A stretch of 64,000 nt of DNA from a virus. Of this stretch, positions 45,269-53,577 are shown piece by piece; position 1 is the first letter of the stretch; each line of letters opens with the position of its first letter. The translations under genes and the position numbers were made by a program. The notes below the pieces were generated by a model, which saw only the letters and a program-made list of their open reading frames with translations, had not been told where the DNA came from and did not search any database. The DNA is taken from positions 1-64,000 of the IMG/VR virus record IMGVR_UViG_3300009506_003033. One strand, 5' to 3'.

Positions 45269-45864
45269 TCGCGGTCTTGATCTTGGCATTCATCGCCGAG
45301 GCCATCATCGGATACTTAATACTGGATCAAGGATTTCTACCGACAATGAATCAACAACAGCCAATTCACATCAAACTGGAGACGCGATGAATCCAAACGA
45401 AAATCATCAATTGATCATAGGCGGGATCACTTTGATTTCAGACGGACGTTTGGCCACTGTGACGAGTCCAGTGTGTGTTTATGAGAATCTGACGCCGGAA
45501 AACGTGCAGGAATTTTGGAATCTGGCCCGATCGAGAGGAGACATCGTAAACGCGATGGATGAATTCCGCGACAAGATGTCTTCGATCTTGATTGATATAG
45601 GCAACGTTCGACAAGCAAAGGCTAAAGGAAATCCAGATGTCAGCATCGATCAATCCACGAAGTAATTTGCTCCGAACAGCACTTCCAAACGAACACGTGG
45701 CGAATTTTCTTCAAGGTCGCAAAGACATGCCAACGCTGCTTGGCACCATCGAATACATGGATGCTGAGATGGCACGTCTAGAAAGCGAGCTGCGAGCAGT
45801 GGAACATCAGAGACCGGGATGCCCGAAGAAATCTGATAATAACGACTGAAAGGAACAGAATCCA

Positions 45865-46206
45865 ATGAAACTGGCTGTTATCGCATCGTTTGTGGCAATA
45901 CTCTTCCTTGTCAGCGCATGTAGTGCTGACGTCATTTATCGTCCCGGATTGCTTCCGGGCGTTTGGTGGGGAATTCAGCCGGCGGGGCCACCGATCACAG
46001 TGCAACCGATGCAACGAGTTCGCATTCGTGTTTTTCGGCCATGGTTCTTGGCTGTGCCGCCGGTCATTCAGTACCCACGAGGACCATATTCACCGGTTCA
46101 GGTAATGCCAGGATCATCGGCGCCAACGTGGGGCGAATATCAGGGTCGATGGGGATGGGGAGTCATTCCACAGCAGAATTCAACCGTAACCAAAGAGGAG
46201 CAATGA
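45865..46206 (+). CDS. putative exported or lipoprotein, Pro-rich
   Basis: signal MKLAVIASFVAILFLVSAC (lipobox-like VSAC). Confidence 0.5.
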   Translation: MKLAVIASFVAILFLVSACSADVIYRPGLLPGVWWGIQPAGPPITVQPMQRVRIRVFRPWFLAVPPVIQYPRGPYSPVQVMPGSSAPTWGEYQGRWGWGVIPQQNSTVTKEEQ

Positions 46207-46496
46207 TGGCAGGACGAGGAAAGAAAGTGTGCCCAGAATGCAGTTCAGAATGCGGCACGAGAAGCAAAGAGTGTCCGAGTTGCAGTCATGTGTTCGCGGC
46301 CAGACGCGAATCGAAGAGGCCGCGAGTGCCAACTGATGCCGAACTAAAGGCACAAGATGTTTCCAGCAACGGAGCCATGATCCAGGCATCGAATGCCTTG
46401 GCGGCAATTGAGGCCGCTCGAAAATTGGTAGACTGTTGCAGCGGAGACGCGGCAGCCGCGAACGAGTTGATTCTATCTATGATCGGCCAAGATTAA
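46203..46496 (+). CDS. zinc-ribbon protein
   Basis: GKKVCPECSSECGTRSKECPSCSHVF; GAGGAG RBS. Confidence 0.6.
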   Translation: MMAGRGKKVCPECSSECGTRSKECPSCSHVFAARRESKRPRVPTDAELKAQDVSSNGAMIQASNALAAIEAARKLVDCCSGDAAAANELILSMIGQD

Positions 46497-46508
46497 AGAG
46501 TCGATGGT

Positions 46509-46575
46509 CGCGAGGCACGATGGACTGCCCCGTCTCGGCTTGGAGCGATGTCGGGACGGGGTTGCCTCGCTTTTT
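46509..46575 (+). terminator. hairpin plus T-tract
   Basis: GCGAGGCA...CCCCGTCTCGGC/GTCGGGACGGGG...TGCCTCGCTTTTT. Confidence 0.55.
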
Positions 46576-46586
46576 GAAAGCAACTC

Positions 46587-47261
46587 ATGCCTGTTTTCTG
46601 TCTTTGCACCGGCCGCTGCGGATCGCAATCTATAGTTGATCTGCTGAAGCGAAACGGCGTCGAAGGCTGTCATCACGAGAAATATCCGGCACTCTTTCGT
46701 GAAGCAATCGGTTATTATTACGGGCTCTACAGTCGGGATCGAATCGTAGCGAAGTTGCGAGAGACGCGGCAGGGCGTGTTCTTCGAGGCCAACAACAAAC
46801 TCTTTCCGTTGGCCAAGCCTCTTTTTCAGGCGTTTCCCGACGCCAAGTTCATGGTTCTGCATCGCGACGGCAGAGAAGTAGTGCGGTCGGCTCTTCAGAG
46901 CAATTGGTATCATCCCAAAGATCCCTATGGCATGTTGAGGCTCGGTGCGAGGATGAGAATCTCGCAGTTCAAGAAGGTGTGTCGATATTGGTCTGAAGTT
47001 TACCGGCGCATCTACGATGATCTGGCATCGCTGGATTGTGAATTCATTGAAGTACGATTCGATGAATTGATCAAAGGCAAATTGGCGGATCAGCTCGGCA
47101 AGTTCATCGGCAGGAGGCTAAGACTTCGCGTGCCGCGGAGACTGCACCGCACGAAGCGATGGACGGTGAAACCATACGCGCAGTGGAAGCCCGAGCGGCA
47201 GCGAGAATTTCGGAGCATCTGCGGCCCGATGATGGAACGGCTGGGATATTCTTTCGATTGA
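46587..47261 (+). CDS. sulfotransferase family protein
   Basis: LCTGRCGSQS, HHE, FPDAKFMVLHRDGREVVRS, VRFDEL, MMERLGY. Confidence 0.8.
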   Translation: MPVFCLCTGRCGSQSIVDLLKRNGVEGCHHEKYPALFREAIGYYYGLYSRDRIVAKLRETRQGVFFEANNKLFPLAKPLFQAFPDAKFMVLHRDGREVVRSALQSNWYHPKDPYGMLRLGARMRISQFKKVCRYWSEVYRRIYDDLASLDCEFIEVRFDELIKGKLADQLGKFIGRRLRLRVPRRLHRTKRWTVKPYAQWKPERQREFRSICGPMMERLGYSFD

Positions 47262-47266
47262 CGGTA

Positions 47267-47294
47267 TTGACAGAATATCGCAGTCGTTTATAAT
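47267..47294 (+). promoter_or_regulatory. consensus sigma70-type promoter for the repeat/Cas7-like locus
   Basis: TTGACA-16-TATAAT. Confidence 0.85.
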
Positions 47295-47308
47295 CTGGTT
47301 TATACGGT

Positions 47309-47408
47309 GTGGCAGCCGAAGAGTCCGGAGAGCCAAAACCCTTCGGTGTTCGCAACGAGCGCTTCTCCGGTGCTCACTGCCACGCGGTCACCGAAGGGTT
47401 TTTGTTTT
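47309..47408 (+). promoter_or_regulatory. attenuator-like leader (C4/CI antisense-type architecture)
   Basis: terminator AAAACCCTTCGGTG/CACCGAAGGGTTTT; loop CTTCTCCGGTGCTC and CTGCCAC complementary to upstream GAGTCCGGAGAG and GTGGCAG. Confidence 0.65.
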
Positions 47409-47419
47409 GATGGAGACGG

Positions 47420-47603
47420 GGCGCGGCGTGGCGCGGCGAGGCATGGCAGGGCGGGGCGGGGCCAGGCAAGGCGAGGCAGGCGTGGCATGGCAGGCGAGGC
47501 AGGCAGGGCTTGGCATGGCAGGCGAGGCGAGGCGCGGCGAGGCGAGGCAGGCAGGGCACGGCAGGGCATGGCAGGGCCAGGCAGGGCGAGGCAGGCATGG
47601 TTT
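47420..47603 (+). repeat. GGY-NN pentamer array 1 (candidate guide-RNA array)
   Basis: GGCGC GGCGT GGCGC GGCGA GGCAT GGCAG ... punctuated by GGCA. Confidence 0.9.
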
Positions 47604-47605
47604 TC

Positions 47606-47635
47606 GTCCGATGTGAGTGCATCGGACACTTTTTT
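47606..47635 (+). terminator. intrinsic terminator after array 1
   Basis: GTCCGATG-TGAGTG-CATCGGAC plus ACTTTTTT. Confidence 0.8.
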
Positions 47636-47673
47636 CCTTTACTGCTGGCACAGGCCAGCAAGGAGTTATTGTC

Positions 47674-48363
47674 ATGGCAAAGGCCAAGAAACCAGAAGGT
47701 ACGATCGAACTTCAGCGGCTCGAAGAGGCCATTCTTGAGGTGCCCATCATCGGCAAGACACCGTTGATCCCGCACAAATGGTCGGAGAAGGCCAAAGGCA
47801 TGATGCCAGGGCATCCTGATCGAGACAAAGTGAAAGCCGATAAGGGTACTCGCGATCCAGCAAAGGAAGCCGAGTCCTGCCAGTACAAACTCGGCGAACA
47901 GTACGCAGTTCCCGCTACTGCGTTCAAAGCGGCTATGATTGGTGCTTGTCGATTCTTCGAGAAGCCTACGATGGTCGAAGCCAAATCGCTGGTGTACGTC
48001 GAAGGTTCTGGCGCTGATCAGCTTGTCGAATTCGACTACAAGGACAAAGAGTTGCACGAGGATACTCCTCGCAACTCAAATGGCAGCGCCGATCTGCGGT
48101 ATCGATACTATTTCACGAACTGGTCAGCTGTTCTGCGAATCTTGTACGTGCCGAAGATCATCTCCCGAGAGTCCATCATTGCTCTTGTTGATGCTGCGGG
48201 CCGCGGAGGCATCGGCGATTGGCGGCCGAGTGCCCCAAAGTCGATGACGGGAACGTACGGCACGTGGCGAGTCGATGATCGCGGCACGATCAGAGACATC
48301 GATCCGAAAGATGTTGACAAGACATCGCCTAAACCAAAGCGGAAAGCATCAAAAGCAATCTGA
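47674..48363 (+). CDS. solo Cas7/RAMP-like RNA-binding protein
   Basis: beta1 LEVPIIGKTPLIPH, YAVPATAFKAAM helix, LRYRYYFTNWSAVLRI, C-terminal Gly-rich loop AAGRGGIGDWRP...GTYGTWRV; AAGGAG RBS. Confidence 0.75.
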   Translation: MAKAKKPEGTIELQRLEEAILEVPIIGKTPLIPHKWSEKAKGMMPGHPDRDKVKADKGTRDPAKEAESCQYKLGEQYAVPATAFKAAMIGACRFFEKPTMVEAKSLVYVEGSGADQLVEFDYKDKELHEDTPRNSNGSADLRYRYYFTNWSAVLRILYVPKIISRESIIALVDAAGRGGIGDWRPSAPKSMTGTYGTWRVDDRGTIRDIDPKDVDKTSPKPKRKASKAI

Positions 48364-48383
48364 TGTTTTGCGGTTGAAGACAT

Positions 48384-49253
48384 GGCAAGGTAAGGCTAGG
48401 CCGGGCATGGCGCGGCAAGGCAAGGCCAGGCGTGGCAGGTTGGGTTCGGCTTGGCAAGGCTGGGCAGGCCAGGCTTGGCATGGCATGACTGGGTCTGGCA
48501 GGGCTCGGCGGGGCTTGGCGAGGCAGGCGAGGCGCGGCCAGGCTTGGCACGGCTTGGCTGGGCCAGGTGAGGCAAGGCAAGGCGTGGCAGGCTAGTCGCG
48601 GCCAGGCATGGCTGGATTAGGTAGGGCTTAGCGAGGCGAGGCACGGCAGGCGTGGCGTGGCGTGGCTAGGCAAGGCATGGCGTGGCAGGCGAGCCAAGGC
48701 TAGGCAAGGCGGGGCAAGGCTGGGCGCGGCAGGGCGAGGCTTGGCTTGGCTCGGCAAGGCGCGGCAGGCGCGGCAGGGCTCGGCGCGGCAAGGCAGGCAA
48801 GGTGTGGCGCGGCATGCGCGGCAAGGCAGGCGAGGCGTGACGAGGCGAGGCCAGGCCCGGCGAGGCGAGGCCAGGCCCGGCGAGGCGAGGCGAGGCGCGG
48901 CGAGGCGAGGCAGGCAGGGCACGGCAGGGCATGGCAGGGCGGGGCAAGGCCGGGCTTGGTTTGGCATGGCAAGGCTGGCGAGGCAGGCAAGGCGAGGCAG
49001 TCGTGGCTTGGCGGGGCATGGCATGGCCTGGCAGGGCAAGGCGCGGTGGGGCTGGGCAAGGCGTGGCAGGCATGGCCCGGCATGGCGCGGCGAGGCGGGA
49101 CAGGGCGGGGCACGGCTGGGCATGGCAAGGCTGGCGAGGCAGGCAAGGCGAGGCAGTCGGGGCTCGGCATGGCGGGGCTGGGCTAGGCCAGGCGTGGCAG
49201 GTTGGGTTCGGCTTGGCAAGGCTGGGCTTGGCCCGGTAAGGCAAGGCGCGGCA
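48384..49253 (+). repeat. GGY-NN pentamer array 2 (about 870 bp)
   Basis: strict 5-nt register of GGC/GGT plus variable dinucleotide, reset roughly 17 times by GGCA tetramers. Confidence 0.95.
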
Positions 49254-49260
49254 GACATGA

Positions 49261-49298
49261 TGCTGGCGGTAAGTGCCGCCAGCAATATTTTCTTTCTC
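49261..49298 (+). terminator. intrinsic terminator after array 2
   Basis: TGCTGGCGG-TAAGTG-CCGCCAGCA plus ATATTTTCTTTCTC. Confidence 0.75.
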
Positions 49299-49331
49299 TA
49301 ACGTTCGCATAGGCGGACAAGGAGTTGTGTT

Positions 49332-50045
49332 ATGGCTAAGGCCAAATCTAGTGTAATCACGATGTCACTGTCTGAACTTGTGGAGGACATGGAATTGTAC
49401 CCGCGGCATGCTGTTGACAATGCACATGTCGCTTCTCTCGTGTTGGCGATGGAATCCGGCAGTCAATTGCCGCCGATCGTCGCTGACAAGAAATCCAAAC
49501 GGATCACTGATGGATGGCATCGGGCCAGGGCCTATGCGCGAATACATGGCCCAACGGCGACTGTAGAGGTCGAACTAATCGACTATGCATCAGAAGCAGA
49601 TATGATTTTTGATGCAGTGCGACGTAATTCTGCTCACGGTCGCAAGCTCGATTCAATGGATCAAACGCGGTCCATCCACATGATGGAAAAACGAGGCTTG
49701 CAATCGATTCAAATCGCGGCTGCCTTGAATGTGCCAGAGAAACGGATCGAGAAGCTGCGGATCAAAGTCGCGAGCAGCCGATCATCCGGGATTGCTACGG
49801 TTCCAGGCACGAAGTCGATCACGTTGAAGCGATCGTGTTCTCACATGGCCGGCAAATCATTGACAGCCGATCAAGTAAAAGTGCACGATTCGGCGCCTGG
49901 AACCAGCTATCTATTGGTTTCACGACAATTGCGAGAGGCACTGCGAGTTGAACTAGTGAATCTCGACGATGAGCGACTGGTGGAAGAACTTTGTGCTCTG
50001 CGTGACGCACTGAATGAGTACTTGGAGCAGCTTTGTGCTGCTTGA
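49332..50045 (+). CDS. ParB/Srx-like N-terminal domain protein
   Basis: LYPR, LPPIVAD..RITDGWHRARAY, RRNSAHGRKL, HTH IQIAAALNVP. Confidence 0.75.
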   Translation: MAKAKSSVITMSLSELVEDMELYPRHAVDNAHVASLVLAMESGSQLPPIVADKKSKRITDGWHRARAYARIHGPTATVEVELIDYASEADMIFDAVRRNSAHGRKLDSMDQTRSIHMMEKRGLQSIQIAAALNVPEKRIEKLRIKVASSRSSGIATVPGTKSITLKRSCSHMAGKSLTADQVKVHDSAPGTSYLLVSRQLREALRVELVNLDDERLVEELCALRDALNEYLEQLCAA

Positions 50046-50051
50046 GGTTTA

Positions 50052-50214
50052 GGTCTGGGCAAGGCGTGGCAAGGCCAGGATGGGCTCGGCGGGGCGTGGC
50101 AGGCAGGGCACGGCAAGGCAGGGCGAGGCCGGGCCAGGCGCGGCATGGCCTGGCATGGCGCGGCGCGGCGAGGCAGGCGAGGCAAGGCGCGGCTTGGTGT
50201 GGCAGGCGAGGCAA
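50052..50214 (+). repeat. GGY-NN pentamer array 3
   Basis: GGCAA GGCGT GGCAA GGCCA ... GGCA punctuation. Confidence 0.9.
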
Positions 50215-50233
50215 GACATCGCGGATATGAAAC

Positions 50234-50458
50234 ATGAAAGGTGTGGCGAATGAAATGAAAACCTACACGAAAACAAAGCTACTGGCATATTACAAAGAGC
50301 TCGGAAAAACGCCGCCTAAGTGGGTGTTGGAGGCGCCGGAGAATGCGTTATTCAATCAAGGCTTGACACCATACGGTCACGTTCCGCTGTATATCAAGGG
50401 GATGCCTGCACCGAAAGCACAACCTGATGTTGTATCAATCGACTTTCCGGACGCTTAG
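50234..50458 (+). CDS. small hypothetical protein between arrays 3 and 4
   Basis: AT-richer ORF MKTYTKTKLLAYYKELGKTPPKW. Confidence 0.5.
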   Translation: MKGVANEMKTYTKTKLLAYYKELGKTPPKWVLEAPENALFNQGLTPYGHVPLYIKGMPAPKAQPDVVSIDFPDA

Positions 50459-50475
50459 AGAAGGCTGGCATTGTA

Positions 50476-50708
50476 GGCGTGGCACGGCCGGGCATGGCTC
50501 GGCAGGGCGCGGCCAGGCGCGGCCAGGCGTGGCAGGCGTGGCAGGCGTGGCTTGGCGCGGCAAGGATAGGCAAGGCAAGGCTAGGTTTGGCGAGGCGCGG
50601 CGAGGCCGAGCTCGGCGCGGCTGGCTTGGCATGGCTTGGCGAGGGCCGGTTTGGCCAGGCGCGGCATGGCTTGGCATGGCGCGGCGCGGCGAGGCAGGCG
50701 AGGTGCGG
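50476..50708 (+). repeat. GGY-NN pentamer array 4
   Basis: GGCGT GGCAC GGCCG GGCAT GGCTC ...; shares 50/51 nt with array 3. Confidence 0.9.
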
Positions 50709-50769
50709 ACAAACAACTCTCCCAAAACCCAACCCACTTGTTACACTATGGATAGCAAAGGAGGTGCCA

Positions 50770-51939
50770 GTGACATTGCAGGTAGAGACAGTGCCGATTG
50801 ACAGCGTGAGTCCTGATCCGGCGAACACGATGAACCATCCACCGCGGAACATCTCTGCCATTGAGGGATCGCTGAAGCGGTTCGGACTTCGTAAGCCGAT
50901 CGTCGTCGATAGCAACGGGGTCATCAGGGCCGGCAATGGGACATGGCAGGCAGCCAAGAATCTCGGCTGGCAAACAATTGATGTTGCACGGACTAATCTC
51001 GCTGGTTCCGAGGCAACGGCCTATTCCATCGCTGACAATCGCACGGCTGAACTGGCGGAATGGAACGAGGAGTTACTGGCTAGACTCTTGCCGGAGATGG
51101 ATTACGAGTTGCAACTCGCTACCGGATTTGATGAGGACGATCTGAAAGAGTTGTTCGCTGAACAATTGAACAACACGGACAGCGAGATAGATCGTGAACC
51201 ACTTATCGATAAGGCCGGAGAACTTCAGAGGAAATGGAAGGTTGAGTTGGGCCAATTCTGGCAAATTGATCGGCACCTTGTATATTGCGGGGATGCTCTT
51301 GACTGGTCTTACGAAGCAGATGGAGTTTGCACCGATCCACCGTATGACATGAGTTGCGAAACGATTCGAACGGTCGTCCGTCAATATGCAAAAGTAGCAG
51401 CTGTTATCTGTACGGGACGCCAGGCATTCAATTTAGCGAGGGATGGATGGGAATATGCAATGGACTTATGTTGGAGTCATAAATCTCCACGATCAATCAA
51501 CACGAAGCGTACGCCATTGTTCTACCACGCGAATGTTGTCGTGATGAATCTGGGCGGAAACAAGACCGACTGGACGCGACCGAGGCCAAATTACGGCAGT
51601 CTATTACATCACGAATACGAGGACTGGGGAGGCCACGGCCAAGGCAAGTCGCCGAACTTATTCGCAGAAATTATGGAAGGATTTCCCTGGGAAACGATGG
51701 CTGATCCTTTCGCCGGAACGCTTGCGACACTTATTGCGGCTCACAAACAAGGCAGAACATTCATTGGATGCGAAAAAGAGCCAAAAATGCTGGCGGTAGG
51801 GCTTGAACGTTGCAGCCTATTGTGTCCTAAGGTGTTGACAGACAAGCAGTTGAGTCGGTATAATGCGGGAAAGCTTGCTGGTGGTCAGCAAGCGATCCCG
51901 AAACATGCTCGAACTGTGAAGGAGTCCGAGAATGTCTGA
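50770..51939 (+). CDS. ParB-like domain fused to a DNA methylase
   Basis: AAGGAGG RBS plus GTG; SLKRFGLRKPIVVD..IRAGNGT, IADNRTAELAEW, TDPPY, ADPFAGT. Confidence 0.8.
   Translation: MTLQVETVPIDSVSPDPANTMNHPPRNISAIEGSLKRFGLRKPIVVDSNGVIRAGNGTWQAAKNLGWQTIDVARTNLAGSEATAYSIADNRTAELAEWNEELLARLLPEMDYELQLATGFDEDDLKELFAEQLNNTDSEIDREPLIDKAGELQRKWKVELGQFWQIDRHLVYCGDALDWSYEADGVCTDPPYDMSCETIRTVVRQYAKVAAVICTGRQAFNLARDGWEYAMDLCWSHKSPRSINTKRTPLFYHANVVVMNLGGNKTDWTRPRPNYGSLLHHEYEDWGGHGQGKSPNLFAEIMEGFPWETMADPFAGTLATLIAAHKQGRTFIGCEKEPKMLAVGLERCSLLCPKVLTDKQLSRYNAGKLAGGQQAIPKHARTVKESENV
51835..51864 (+). promoter_or_regulatory. internal sigma70-type promoter
   Basis: TTGACA-18-TATAAT; spacer contains AGCAGTTGAG, also in the 26612 promoter. 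Confidence 0.6.
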
Positions 51940-52720
51940 AGCTATTTTAGCGGAATCGTTGCCGAAAGGAATTAAGTCAACCAAGATAGCGTGGACGGAC
52001 ACCACGCTCAATTTTTGGATCGGCTGCCAGAAGATCAGTCCTGGCTGTAAGAACTGCTACGCCGAGCGGATTGTCAGAGATCGGATGGGTCGCGAGCACT
52101 GGGCCACATCGCCACGATGGCGGACGAAAGCGGCATGGGATGATGCCTATCGCTACAACCGAATCGCCAAGAATGCTGGGCGTCGAATCATGGTATTCGC
52201 CAACGACATGTCTGATTGGGCTGAAGATCATCCCGATGTCAATCGTTGGCGATGGGACATGTGGCGGGTGATCAAGGAATGCCGCTGGCTTGACTGGCAG
52301 CTACTGACAAAAAGAGCCGATCGCATCGCAAGATGCTTGCCAGCGGACTGGAATGATGGATACCCGAACGTCTGGCTTGGTGTTTCGATCGAATCGGATG
52401 ATTATTGCTGGCGAGCTGATAGGCTCCGGGAAGTAAATTCTGGAATCAGATTCATCAGTTATGAACCGGCATTAGGTCCGCTCGATAGCCTCGATCTAGC
52501 TGGTATTGACTGGCTGATCATCGGCGGAGAATCAGGACCGCATTATCGGCCGTTCGATCACAATTGGGCTCGGGAGCTACGAGTACGATGCGCCCTGTCG
52601 AACACAGCATTTTTCTTCAAGCAATCAGCTGCCATCAGGACAGAGATGGGGATAGAACTTGATGGGGCAATCGTCAGGGAATACCCAAAAGTGATGTCAG
52701 ATCTAGTAGGTGTGGGATAG
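51932..52720 (+). CDS. phage Gp37/Gp68 (DUF5131) radical-SAM-like protein
   Basis: TKIAWTD.TLN, GCQKISPGCKNCYAE, QLLTKR, WLGVSIE, FISYEP, DWLIIGGESG, FFFKQ. Confidence 0.9.
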   Translation: MSEAILAESLPKGIKSTKIAWTDTTLNFWIGCQKISPGCKNCYAERIVRDRMGREHWATSPRWRTKAAWDDAYRYNRIAKNAGRRIMVFANDMSDWAEDHPDVNRWRWDMWRVIKECRWLDWQLLTKRADRIARCLPADWNDGYPNVWLGVSIESDDYCWRADRLREVNSGIRFISYEPALGPLDSLDLAGIDWLIIGGESGPHYRPFDHNWARELRVRCALSNTAFFFKQSAAIRTEMGIELDGAIVREYPKVMSDLVGVG

Positions 52721-52722
52721 TA

Positions 52723-53355
52723 ATGGCTGCCACCATAGAGAACAGGACGAACGGCGCCGACATCGCGAAGATGTCTGCGATGCAGCAGAAATTCTGCCTG
52801 GAGATGTTGGCGGACGAGAAATACAACGCCACGGAGGCTGCCAGAAAGGCAGGATATTCTCAGCCGAATACGGCCGCTTTCAAACTCTTAGCCAATCCCG
52901 CTATCAAGCGGTATCTAGGCAAGGCCAAGCGACTCAGGGAAGAGCGGACACAGCTTACAAGCGACGACATTTGGCGGCAGTTGCATCGTGCGATATTCTT
53001 CGATCCGGCAGAAGTTTTCGAGAGTGCCGGCAGGGGATGGTGGATACTGAAGGCACTGAATGACATCCCGGTCGAAATTCGCCAGCTCATTGAAGAGATT
53101 CACATCACTACGCGGCAAGTGACGGTTCCGATTCGGGATGCGACCAGCGGGCACGTCACGGGGACGAAAGTCATCGACATGCCGTTGCCACGGCTGAAGT
53201 TCATCAGCAAGAGCGGTGCACTTGCAACAGCGGCCAAGCACAGCATACCTCAGCAGGTCGAGGTGAGCATCGACTACGAAAAGCTGTACCGATCCAACCG
53301 CGACGAACCCAACGAGATCGAAGGGGAGATTCTCAAGATTGAAAGGGGTGAATGA
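52723..53355 (+). CDS. terminase small subunit
   Basis: QQKFCLE...NATEAARKAGYS...AAFKLLANPAI. Confidence 0.85.
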   Translation: MAATIENRTNGADIAKMSAMQQKFCLEMLADEKYNATEAARKAGYSQPNTAAFKLLANPAIKRYLGKAKRLREERTQLTSDDIWRQLHRAIFFDPAEVFESAGRGWWILKALNDIPVEIRQLIEEIHITTRQVTVPIRDATSGHVTGTKVIDMPLPRLKFISKSGALATAAKHSIPQQVEVSIDYEKLYRSNRDEPNEIEGEILKIERGE

Positions 53356-53358
53356 AGC

Positions 53359-53577
53359 ATGAGGATTAGTACATCCGAGGACATGGCGGCATTCATCCAG
53401 GAAACGCTGTATCCAGATGCTGATAGGATGTTGGCGATAGTGAAGGAACATGGCTGGTGGAAAAGGGATCGGCTGGCCCACATGAGTGCACGATGGATGC
53501 TGATTCATCTAATCCGAATGGAGACTTCCGACCAAGAATGTCATGCCCGCATTGTTCAGAAGTGTCGCAAGCGGTGA
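53359..53577 (+). CDS. hypothetical protein
   Basis: coupled ORF between the terminase subunits. Confidence 0.4.
   Translation: MRISTSEDMAAFIQETLYPDADRMLAIVKEHGWWKRDRLAHMSARWMLIHLIRMETSDQECHARIVQKCRKR

Noticed and set aside
47420-50708. Classical CRISPR array or plain microsatellite
   Set aside because: No 25-45-nt direct repeats with unique spacers and no cas1/cas2; variation is confined to two positions per pentamer, unlike a homogeneous satellite.
47300-50770. Many overlapping Arg/Gly/Ala- or Pro/Cys-rich ORFs on both strands across the arrays, including the first 97 codons of ORF 50479-51939
   Set aside because: They result from stop-free GGCNN repeats, are open in most frames and lack RBSs; real starts with RBS are at 47674, 49332 and 50770.
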